This document shows positions 1 to 11,839 of a DNA stretch of 64,000 nucleotides, piece by piece. This stretch comes from Ophelia neglecta (Eukaryota), in contig OZ260666.1 in NCBI GenBank assembly GCA_965285935.1, positions 49,600,001-49,664,000 of the forward strand, written 5' to 3'. Made by a program: the position numbers and the translations under genes. The first letter of the stretch is position 1. Each line of letters opens with the position of its first letter. The notes below the pieces were generated by a model that was given only the letters and a program-made list of their open reading frames with translations, was not told where the DNA came from and did no database searches.

Positions 1-2011
1 AAATATTGATAGAAGGCGCTTAAAGTACTGTATTTATTCATTTCGTGGTATCTGTTGGCTTCGTTCGATGGAAATTTTCGTAGTGACCATGTTGGACAAA
101 TGTTTTTGTAGCCTTGGCCCTGTTAACAAGATATACCTGTGTGACAAGTGCTTTTTATAAATAATTAACACGCATGCCAGTTAAAGAGATATTTGGCGGA
201 ATCCGATAGTGCCATTCATCATTCATGCCAAGAAACATGCTTGCTCAGGACGCTACGAAAAAATCAGTTGAAAATGTTAATTTACTGAAAATATATATTT
301 ATACTTTAGTTGGATAATGGTTGTGCTTCATCCATGTTTCGGCAGTGCATTTAAACTTGATTAAATGAAATATATGTACTTGATACGTCTAGCCAATTTT
401 ACGTTACAGGCACTGGGATAGCCAATGATAAAAAAAAGTAAAAATTTAGTCTATCTTAATGAAACTCTATGTATAAAATCCCAGCGAAAATATTTCACGA
501 AACAACTAGATAATATTAGGGAGCGTAAGACGAACGTTATAAGCTTGATGCATAGGCCTATACGTGTATACCGATTATACGGCCTATATAACTAGTAAAT
601 TTGAAAAGTGTAAATTTAATGTAGATTTTTTAAGTATCATTAGGTATACATGTACACTGAAAGATATTTAATTGTCGGATGTACATTTTCACAAACCTTC
701 TGCTTAATGCTATTTTATAGCTAACAGTTCATCTTGTGTGAGAGCTTAACCATCCTGTATATGGAGGATAGCCAATAAATTCGTATTCTTATTCCTATCG
801 GCAGACGCTCAATTTACGCTTACAGGGATAGATTTTCAGGGAAATAATGCTCGTTTGCCTTCCCTACTGTTGAATAAAACTCCAGTAAACGTGACAGTGG
901 TATAAGTCTGTTAGGAACCATACGAATAAATATTTATTCGGCTCTATAGTCTCATGAACCCATTCCAAGAAGCAATCGGGTGCCTCGATCTACTTGCTGG
1001 CAAAGCAACAGCGACAAAGGACGAGCATGCAAAATGGAGCATGTGCAAAAACCTTTGGATTTCCCTTGCAGTAATCATACAACACAGAGTGAGGCAAGGG
1101 CAATGTATCACGTCAATATTTAAAGATATCAGGGGCGATTATTGCAATATTATTATTTGCCGTTACTGAATCAAAAATCCAGCCTTGGATAGTCTGGGAT
1201 ACTTACTCATAGTCCATATTAGGCTTGTACCAAGCATAAGATAACATTTGTGTGTACGAGAGGATTCAAACACTGTTTGCTTATGTCTTAGCTTGAGTAT
1301 AAATTCTATGATGATAGTTATTTCCATGCGGTACAGTCAGCGGATAGAACAAAGAAAATAACTTTGGGTTATTAAGATTTGTCAGCGTTCCCGGCTTTGA
1401 CTGGGATACTGGCAATTACATCGGTGGCATGATTACACAATTTCAACGTACTGAACACAAAAACTAAATTTCGAGTTTTCAGCAACAGATATATAATTTT
1501 GCATAGAGAACGTCAATCAATTTTGAGGTACATGTAATATCACAAGCATTTAGAATCCAATGGATTTTAAATACCTATGCTCATATAACCGGCAGCCTTC
1601 ACATTTAATTTAGCGGCCCTTCCAATAGCCTTGACTGCGGCCATAACAATTTCATTTGATATAAATCCATCGCCTGAATGCAGTTTTTTTTCACAATAAA
1701 TGCCACAAATGGAAATGAAAATATGCATGTGTATATGCGTGAATCTGAGCAAACGATTGCTGAATTCATAAAAAGCGAAGATGATAAAGGCAGTTTAATT
1801 GAAGGACTGAAGGATCAGCCCTAATTAAATCCGATAAGCTGAATGCCTATTAATTTTCCCGTTTGCCTTTCTGTTTTTCCAATATGGAGTCGAGGAAATT
1901 GTTATAGAAGAATAAGAAAATACCATTTGTTATGGTTATGACGTCTTGATTACTCCTCCTGTCCTTCAGCCACTTCAACGAAAAGTGCAAAAATCATCAT
2001 TAATTGAAAAC

Positions 2012-2194
2012 GGATGTAGTGATGTCAGTTTTCGATTTCACGCTTTTGTTCGTCTCCTTCTCAGAGGAATTACAAATAATTGGATGATATGCATACTGAG
2101 TTTACCGGGCAATGTTATCTATGCTCTTGCAGTGGGTATAGAGTACGCCATCTTCAATGTACAACTTGGGCCATGTTGCCAACAATAGCTTCAT
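2012..2194 (-). mobile_element. Degraded Ty3/Gypsy-like pol fragment (RNaseH-integrase linker region)
   Basis: The minus strand reads MKLLLATWPKLYIEDGVLYT and then, after a frame change, IIQLFVIP...TSLH. This resembles the W-x-x-L-x-I-x-DG(V/I)LY...QLV(I/L)P...LH pattern that precedes the Gypsy integrase zinc finger. Short and frameshifted; no LTRs seen. Confidence 0.35.
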
Positions 2195-4448
2195 AGCTGC
2201 AACGAAGAAATTGAATTGGCAGCATCCTTGAAGGCCAAGCATAAAAAGACTAGCTTTTGGATGAATCAGTAAGATAATTGACTGCCTCAGCAATGCGAGA
2301 AGAAAAGACGAAGACATTTGTTATTTAATATATTTTATTTTATTTACCAATATAAGATATATATAGGCCTAGAAGCCGTTTCTACTTACGTTATGTTTGT
2401 GATTCATTTCTAAAGTATGCTGTTTATTTTCCAGTTTTCTTATTTATGAAAATACCGCGTGTAGAATATATTTTGTATAAATGGCATTTTACTTTCATAA
2501 ACCGACATAAAACATAACTATTATTATATCTGGCCATTTTTTAATATTATAACTGTATTTAGAAACAATGATAAATATCCTATTCTATTATCAAATTGAA
2601 CTTGTGAGAACATTATTAAGAGTTTAATTAGTTAATACGCAGAAATAAACCGTAAACACTGACTTCGTTTGGATTTGAAAAGGATTCGGAGATAGGCAGT
2701 CGTGGTTAAAACGAGCCGAACAATTCATTTTCAGACTGCGCCATAGTCTGGATTAAGGATTCCAGAAATTGACTACATGCTTCTGGCTGAAAAGGTGACT
2801 CTAGTGAGAAATGTGTTCGGGAATTATCAGTCCCAAAAAACATCCCCTGAGAATAAAATGCTAGTATATTTTACCTTTGGCGGTCTCACTGAGAGACAGA
2901 TATGTTGCCTAACCATTCCTACATCAATGTCGATGGATTTGCACAAAAAGAACTCGCCGTGGGAATGTAAATTGTGATAAATTATGTATAAAAGATGAGG
3001 CAAAAAGTTAGGTGCTCCTCTTCTGCGACCATATTTCAAACCCCCAGTAGCTTTTCATCAGCTTAAACCAGATAGAGAACATGAGAAATCTATATGAAAA
3101 GTTGGCGTAAGGAGTGGTTTCCGTAATTTCTTTATAATGAGCATCTATCAAGGGTCCGACGCCTTAAGTATTACTGAACAATCCAATACTCAACACTCAT
3201 CACCATACGGATTTGGAATAGGCCTTTTCACCACCTTATTTATGCCATTGGGATAGAAACTCGCAGTACACACTCTTCCGATGTTCCGCTAAGAAGATGA
3301 GGCACATGGCAATCAATGCAAGATGTGTTTAAATCCTGAATGATAGGAGTATTGGGTTTCTCCTTTTCCATTTTTTTTTCATAGCAGATTAGGCACGAAG
3401 CATAGCATATGCATCATTTAATCGGATATGAAGCTCCAGAAATCCCTGTAATGAAATGAGACCTTAAAGTGAGTCTCTGGTACACAACATCCGCCATCTT
3501 TAGTTCATTTGCATCCAAAGAGATAAATGTCAACAATAAAAATCTCTCAAATTTGTATAATTTGATAATTACTTCTGATCTTTATCATTCAACGATGATG
3601 CCGATGATGTAAGAGTATGTTTTGTGAAATCATTGTTATGTAATGTTTTTATTTCACCGCCATTTCAAACTGTCAACACATAATAAATTACTCAGAATAA
3701 CGTGTAAATTTAAGGCCGGACAGGATTGACCATAACATTTGTTGCATAAAATAATACAATCATGTGTCTGGGTGAAGTTGACCATTAAAGCTTTGTAAGA
3801 TAGGTCTGAGGAGTCGCTCTTGGTCCCTTATTACTGTTCCTAGTACACATATTTGTATATCACGCCATACTCGTCTATTTCTACGTTTGCAACATGTGCA
3901 ATCGAAGCATCAGGATTATAGTGTATAAATGTTGTGTAAATGTTAAATTGACTTTACATTGTGCTCTTGTTAAGACAGAAAATCAATCAATCATCGATCA
4001 ATCAGATAAATCTTCGTCCGTCTGACTTTACCTTTCAATGCTAGTCCCCGGGTGCTAGTCCCATTCGAAATATAAGGAAAGAATGTTCGGCGTTTAATAG
4101 AAATGCCAATCAAACAAGTTTAAGATATGCAATTCCTTTGGATAATTTACTCGTAGCAAGCCAAGGAGTGACAATCCGATTGAATATTTATATTATACTA
4201 GAGCACCAAAAAGAAATAAAATAGGTCTATGTCGATTTATTACTATGAAAGGAAGTTGAGATTCTTTGTCAGCCACGCTTGCTCCTGCTGGTGTCTCGAG
4301 AGATGGATTTTTGCAAGCAACACTATACAGATCAGATGGAAGTACTATAAGCATTCCGCAAACGCTTCCAATTACTAAAAAAAGAAATCCTTGCACTTTT
4401 GTCATCGGCGAAACAGCATACTGCATAAAAACTCAATTGTCGCTATGA

Positions 4449-4579
4449 GCTGAGGATATAGCACATCGGCATTCTTAAGCTACCAACATGAAACTCGTGA
4501 CTTACGTACAATTAGGTACAACGCTCGCCTGGCATGTGAGAGATCCGGGTTATAAATTCCGTCGGCCTTGGCACTTTTT
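4449..4579 (+). pseudogene. tRNA-Ala(GGC)-like pseudogene or tRNA-derived SINE head with a ~45-nt insertion in the D-loop
   Basis: Acceptor stem GCTGAGG (4449-55) / CCTTGGC-A (4566-73); anticodon stem CTCGC (4524-28) / GTGAG (4536-40) with 7-nt loop CTGGCAT; degenerate T-arm CCGGGTTATAAATTCCG; T5 run at 4575-79 resembling a Pol III terminator. The D-arm is interrupted by about 4470-4514. Confidence 0.6.
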
Positions 4580-5326
4580 GTAAAATAATTCAACGTTTAT
4601 ACATCAGTTGTTTATGATCCAGTGGGAAAAAATAAGATCCAGATTATATAACAAGTCACTTTATTTATTTAGTCAAAATAAGAGTGTACTTAAGCAAGGA
4701 TCCACGTATCCGATTTGATACCTATTTTATTTAGAAATATCATTTGACAGGTAAAAAGAATTGGCAAAATTTATTGTGAACGTTCTGAAGTGACATTATA
4801 CTGGTGGAATAATTCAAAATTAACAATGCCCTTTTCGACACTGTGAGTGTTATTTCAAACAATGGTCGACACATTTGACTGGCGATGCCGCTCTAATTTA
4901 AAACAACTCTGTTCGAGGCAGGTGACAAGTGCATATTCGACAGATTCTATTAAAATATTTATATATATAGAAGAGTTCCCTAAGAAAATGGAATAGATGT
5001 AATAAAGTGTATGTATGGGTTGTTTTCAGTTACATTTCAAGATGCAACAACTATTATTATTTTCTTCACTGGCCTTGCGAACGTGCTAGAAATAGATTTG
5101 GCGTGCTGATAAAACCAACCTACACTGTACACTACACTTGATATAAACCAAAGCCATATTTGCGCAGATTATATCTGAAAGAAAGATTGATTCTAGGTCG
5201 ATGGCTTTTTTGACGAATGAGTATCGGTAGAACCACATGTGTGAAGGCATGTATCATGCATCCTAATGTATCAGAACGTACTACGTATGACTACCCACCT
5301 CCGATTGTCTAGCCATTTCTAGTTAA

Positions 5327-5559
5327 CACCCCAGTCTCACAGAGCCTTCGGTGATAGATCGTTAGTTTTTTTTAGCCAGATTAGGGTGGGAACCGATGCA
5401 AACCTATTAACCACCGATATCACCTATTGGTCGCCTGTTTTCCACCTATCAAATGCTATTGGGTAAATATGAGTTTCGTCGGGGAAAAACTACCGATTGG
5501 GATGTTTAAACGTGTTTAAAATTCTCGATCTTAGCTCGACCGTCTGTGTGACTGGGGCA
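5327..5559. mobile_element. Non-autonomous PIF/Harbinger-type MITE (233 bp)
   Basis: Left end CACCCCAGTCTCACAGA versus reverse complement of right end TGCCCCAGTCACACAGA (14/17 identical). TAA lies on both flanks (5324-26, 5560-62), the 3-bp TSD typical of PIF/Harbinger. Confidence 0.7.
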
Positions 5560-5584
5560 TAACATAGCCTGACACTTGATGGTG

Positions 5585-8315
5585 TCATGATGGGCCTACA
5601 TAATCCCTGTATAACAATTTTACACGATATAGCCATTCTAAGTTGTTCATTTCATTCTTGCGTAGATATCTTAAATTTCGACGACCATGTTGATGATGAA
5701 CGAACTGAGCTATTGATTCATTCCATTCAAACGTGGTTTGTACAATATCTGGGTATTTATATTTCCTCATGGCATGCCCAACAACCTCTCTGATGAATAT
5801 GGACATATATTTTTCGCTACTGTCTGGTTTAACGGCCTAGTTTGAACTCCAGTTTTTTAACCAACTTGAAGCGCCAATTAACAGCTCCTTTCTTAAGGAT
5901 ATCCCATTTTATTACACTTCCTTTAGCACTAAATGGTCTTACTTGCTGGCATTTGCATGATGTATGACTAAACTCTGGGCCCTTTCTCGGCATTCTGGGC
6001 TTTTCTCCCCATCTTCTTAAAGTCCACCAAACCTTTAATATACTTGTGTTCATTGTTTCCTGCTTTATACCAAGAAAAGGTATGGCCTTAATCTAAACCT
6101 ATTGTTGATCTTCTTAAGTTAAGAATAAAGCTTTTCTGCTAAGATAAAAGATAGAAGCCAGCTTATTTTTTCACCTTGTAATTTTGTTTGTGCTCCCAAA
6201 CGTGCTGTTTTCATGAAACAGCTTATTAGTACGGGCTAAAGATCCGTACCTGTTTTAAAACACGGTAAGCCAAGGTTTACTACTTATACAATTGGACTTC
6301 TCCGGAAAACATGTCACGAAAACTGCCTACAGTATTATGAATGTGGGTAAATGCTCTAAGTGTTTCAATAATTTCCAGCACAGGCATAATGATCCAATCA
6401 TTATTTTAGACAGCTGCGCTAAATGGAATTATGGCAGACTTAGTAGACCTATAAAACTGTTCCTGACAGGATGTGTTTACACTAGATAGTTCCAGGTAGC
6501 TAGCCATGTTGGTAAATGGGAACCTTGTCTATTCATTTTTTAAGACTCCTACTTTGCCCATACGTAGCGTAGAACTGAAGACGCCGCCATTCCCAGTCCT
6601 TTTCTAACAAATGGGCTAATGAGAAGTAGTTTCTCTTACTTAAAATCTTGTCAAGTATGAAGGCTTATTTGTTGGGCAGAAGGGGCACTATTCCGCTGCA
6701 ATCTCACAGAATAATGGATCCAATCGTGTTCCCACCTAATCCAGATTAGGAATAAGTTTCGCGTCCAGAGCAACTTAAAAAGGCACGCACCACAATGAAA
6801 GACAATTTTCGTTTTACAGAGAGGTAGATAAAGGCATTTAGGATAGTAAATTTAGAATGGAAAGGTGTCCTTCTTCAGTTGAAAGTCTGTTGTATCAGGA
6901 TTAATTTCAGCATGAATCTTTACAAGCGGGAGGCCTGGCTAGAGGGGAAAACGGGACGTATATTTGTATACACAATAAAAAAAAGGCCTGTGTTACATAT
7001 ACAGTGCAGATGTAGCTTAGGCCCGTACTAAAATTAACGCGTTCGCATAATCCGTTAGATTAAACGCGATAGAATCATATTTTCATCAATTAAAACTTTA
7101 ATTTACTGGTTAGACAGAGGCGTTGCATGATGGACTCACCGCACTGTGGCAGCGTTTGGCTAATGCAATCTCAACGCATTGTTGATATACATTTTTATAC
7201 TGATAGAGGGGTTTATTCTAGCTTTTTAACTAATACATTGCCTTTTCTTGCTCAATTGAAATGATTTTTCTTGACAGGTTCTTTATCATCTTCAATGAAC
7301 ATCATTTCATTTAGACACATTTTGTCTACTTTATCCGGAGTGGTATTAAGTTGAGTATAGAACGTCACTTGCATTTAAAACGATAACTGTGGCACCTCGA
7401 CCCTTTTTCCAATGCTTTTAGAATTATTGCTTATTTAGTTCTGACAGTATTAATACAACACAAATGATTAATTCCGAAAGACCTGGATTAGTGCTCACAG
7501 CTTTGTATGGCTGAATCTGGTTCAACAGACTCAATTCTCCGATGCTTTCATTAACTATACATTCGAAGCCAAATGGTCGAACATTCTCTTTGACCTCATT
7601 AATATGTTCCTTTGGAGAGAACCACCGTTTTATTCTCTTTTTTATATCATTCTAAATAGGTCGACTCTTACACACTTCTATTGCGAGATAAATCTAACAT
7701 GTCTAGACATTTGTGTGCTCGGCTGTCATTGTATTGCATTATCTTTCAATGATAGATAATCGCTTAAGTTCATTTGTCACGGTTTTTCGGTTTCTCTGGC
7801 ATTCTCTCAGTGAAGTAATCACAAATTCCAGGCCTTCTTTTTCGCCTTAAATAAAGTTTATTGTGGCCCCACATTAACTGGTTGATTACATGAATATTTC
7901 GCATCTTTACAGAAAGGTCTATATCAGGATACTGGTGGCCAGCATCAGCTCCAGGCACTGCTAATGTGTAGTAAGGAATAACCAGGGCTTTGAATTTGAT
8001 ATTGCAGCCACTTAAACAGTAATTTATTGAAGAGAAAGGTAATTTCAAGTTGAGTATAAATGTGACAAGCGAGCTAAGAGCCCATCCCGATGTCGACTTT
8101 ATCAAATAATTGATGCAAGCTATGGGGTTATAAAACCCCTTGTATACACATACTTTACTAAGCCGCTGCTCAGAGAAGCAGGGCAAAGTAAGGGAATCTA
8201 CTAAATAATATTTGGCTATTACACTGACATAATAATTTTTTCTTTGCCTTTGCAAGTTGTCTCGAGTACATTTACTCGTGGAGAATAATATTGCTAGAAA
8301 CAGAAGGGCGGCCAT
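5585..8315 (-). pseudogene. Decayed protein-coding locus, glycosyltransferase family 92 (DUF23)-like
   Basis: The 181-aa ORF 7770-8315 begins with a hydrophobic anchor (MAALLFLAILF) and contains VYKGFYNP. There is a donor CG|GTGAGT at ~7139 and an acceptor TTTTCCCCTCTAG at ~6939. Then, in GT92-like order but across frameshifts and stops: GACL (6780-91), WIRW (6732-43), SPFVRKGL (~6597-6617), YGQ...*ID (6554-62), WLA (6498-6506), IGSLCLCW (6375-98), and later KYM...H...AQFVHH. The catalytic DxD is not intact. Confidence 0.4.
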
Positions 8316-10864
8316 ACTTCCGAAGTGGACAAGTGTATCCTGTGATGAAAATCATTTAACCGAAACATAAATGCCGACATGCTGGGGCGGTATCTAAAAA
8401 AAGATGCTTGAGCTTCAAGACAAGTGTTTTACTTAAAGTACAAGTTTAATTCTTGTCCAAGAAAAAACTTGAATTTGGCATTGCTCCGAGCGCGTTCCTC
8501 AAAACGATTTTATCTTTAATTTGGCGAAGTTCAATTCTACAAGTCCATGTAAATTTGCTGCAATTTCACGTAAGAATAGGTAGCGAAATGATTGTTGATT
8601 TTTGTTGAAATTCCTTCCTTAGTTTAATTATAGATACCACACGCCTTAATATAGCACAGTGAGAAATTTAACACTCATGACCAGTGCCCTAACGTGGGCT
8701 TTCTGGCAGCTTGAAACTATCCATACTGTCTCAATGGTCACTGGCTACTAGTGATAATACTGTGACACTGACATGGCTCTTACTGGAACAGTTTTTGCAC
8801 AGTGCATAAAAATACCCTCCATAGAGGAATTCGTCCCCCCAGGTACATTACCCCTTTTTATGCCAAGACGGTACGTTAAACTTTCTTCTTTGGGTAAGGC
8901 CAATTTTATAAATTCTGCCATTGTGCCACTATTATTTAAGCACTATTCCACAACTGTAAGCAAACAATAACCATCATGTCAGCTGTATAGTTGCCGATAA
9001 AAGACTAAATACCAACAGGTGTGAATTTCATGTCTGCCATGTTTTGAACTTTAGGCTAAGTGAGTAACTAAACGTTACCCAGATCTTAACCTACCAGTGA
9101 TACATAGAATTGCAGCTTCTTCTTCCACACGTCGCCTCAAGCGCATCTGAGAGAAGCCATTTTCCATGCTAAAGGGTACATGCCTCAAGTTAAATCCAAA
9201 GGTAACTTGGAAAACAGCAAAGTTCAGAATCTGAGCAGAAACACGCCAAGTAGTTTTTTAAAACCCACCTTGCAAAGCAAAGTAAAATACTTCAACTTCA
9301 AGCAATAAACTATTATTTCCTACTTGACTTGATCCTCAAGTATCATTAAGGCTTCAGCTGAACCACTGATTCGTTTGTTCTGTGGTTTTCCCATCAGAAG
9401 AATCAGTAAAGAATCATTGACCGATTCAGTATCATTGACAGATTCAGAACACAAGCCATAATCTCACGTTTATTGCACTATAATAGTGAAGTTCGGCGTA
9501 TGATAATTGCTAAATAGGCACCGTCAGCCGAATGAATCCTTCTTCCCTTCCACGTTTTACGGTGCCTAAGGGGTTATGATGGCTAGAATATGGTCGATAC
9601 TCGACATCAGAAGAGACGGTAATTTAATTTACCATGGCCTAAGCCCATCGGGTTTATGTTCGGTCTTAGACTAAAGTTATTACTGTTTCGGTAAGGATAA
9701 GAAATCTGGTTAATGCCCACCCATACACTTGGAATGAACAATGACTCCTGTTACTAGTACAACTGCTTAACTTGTATCAGTGAATGATTGAGTATATCTT
9801 GTCGCATCGATCGCTGATACAAATGCTAATACGCAGAGAAAATAATATGTAGCGCATCGTATACCCAGAGAAACTAGGTAAATAAATATTTTATTGCGAC
9901 CGAAAATACCCTTGGTGTCAGAAGAAGAACATTACTGATGGATGTAAAATGGTTTGAAAGGAACTCAGTTGAAATTAATTCCTCCCCTCTACGACAACTT
10001 GTTTTGAATACTCATAATTGTGTTTTAAAAGGGATGGGGATAGGCATGGCATGGCTAATTGAGTCTAATATGCCTGACGATTGTCTTAAGCTATATGTCG
10101 TAATCACACTTATATCTGAAAAACCGAGGAGCATGATGTGGTATTTTGTGCAGAAAAAATTAGGGCACAACTTAAGCTGGTTTATCTTGGTTTCTTGTAT
10201 GGTTCAAAATTCCAATTCTTCTTTTTGCACTGTTGAGGCTAGATAAGAAGTACGACAAGGACCTTTTACAGCAATCAAGATTGTTAGGAGACAAGTCGCC
10301 TGTTGTCTATAATGCATAAGACAGCTTAATCCATCTCTGACAACGGTCTGAGTGTAGAAAAAATAAGGAAAAGATAACACACACACAGAACTTGGCCCTC
10401 GAGAATAAAGTCAATCAATCAGACGGTCTAAATCTATTTGGAATAGTCAACTCTGACTAAACATAGATTTTTAGTTGCACAACTGCATATAGGACCATTA
10501 TAAATATATAGCTCCGAATTAAATCCAGTGTTATTATAGAAATAATATGTTTTTGCAGTCGCATATAAATTCCTTCTTTTTTTACTAATGACCTACAAAT
10601 TCCATTTATTTGCAGGTTACGCTATATTCTATAATTTGCTTATAATTTATTCTTTTAAAGAATCATTTCTTACTCGGGAAATACCCAATTAATTAGATAA
10701 CATTCTAACCACATGTCGAACCATAGTTTTCACTCAAATAATCACAGAATTTATACATACATATCTTGTTGCAAATTAAAACACCGGTTGTCTTATTTTA
10801 AATCAAAATTTAAATGGATATTTACCCGAGTGGCAAGCGGAAGGCAAATCAAAATCAGTGGTAA

Positions 10865-11839
10865 CCCAATAAAATGGCATTACTGTCCCAGTATTGGGCT
10901 CATAAAGCACATTTACTGGCCCAATACCAACAGCCAGTATTGGCCCATTACATTCCTGCACGTCGGTGGTGAATAGGCCCTGTACCAGGTTAATTAACTG
11001 GCCCAGCTCTGGGTTAGTAAAGGCCCGCTGCTGGGCCAATACTTACTACAGTTTACTGGCCCAATAACAATTGTCAGTATTGGCCCATTCTGTTCTTGCA
11101 TAGTGGCAGTGAATTATCTAGTTTAATTGACTGGCCCAGCGAGGGTCACAATTGGCCCAATGTTGGACCTATACTGCTAAATAAATAAATAATTATAATG
11201 ATAAATATAATAATAATAATATAATAATTATAATAATGATAATAATGATGATATAATTGAAAAATTATTATATTATATTATTTTATATTATACAATGTAA
11301 TAGTATTGACAATATACTTTTATCTTACATAAATATTGTTACTTCCTATCTCATCGAGAATACAACCGCAAATCTGCCAAACCAGTCTTTGCGCTGATGA
11401 AAGTTTGAAACGCCGAACTTTCTTAATCTCGCAAAAAAAAATCTCCGCATTGGAATGCATTTAATTAAACCTAACATTTCAAGGACACGATAAACTTTCT
11501 CCAAAGAACTTTTTTCTATCAAAAACAAATTGCTTAAAATAATTTATTTTCTTGGAAAAAGTCAATGCCAAATAAAACACAAAAAGAACCAATTGTTCCA
11601 CCTTATAACGATGTTAGTAAGAACTGGGCTAATATTGGTTGAATACATGCGGTGAAAACAGAATATGTGAAATGGACCATACTGGCCGAATGTTTACAAG
11701 TGATTTCTGATCGCGACGCAAGTGAGCTCCATTAATGCACACCATGTTGGAATTACCAATACTGGCCCACTAACCCTTGTTATAGGTTAATAGTACGGTA
11801 TATACCAAATATTGGCCCAGTATATCCTTGTTTATTGGG
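10865..11839. mobile_element. Non-autonomous CACTA/EnSpm(CMC)-like DNA transposon (975 bp) with subterminal repeats
   Basis: Left end CCCAATAAAATGGCATTACTGTCCCAGTATTGGG versus reverse complement of right end CCCAATAAACAAGGATATACTGGGCCAATATTTGG. AA on both flanks (2-bp TSD). Many (T)ACTGGCCCA / ATTGGCCCA motifs near both ends, an internal diverged duplication (~10912-11008 vs ~11053-11140) and an AT-rich (TAA)n core at ~11180-11290. Confidence 0.65.

Noticed and set aside
9413-9447. 17-bp tandem duplication ATCATTGAC(C/A)GATTCAG
   Set aside because: Ordinary two-copy slippage duplication with no further structure.
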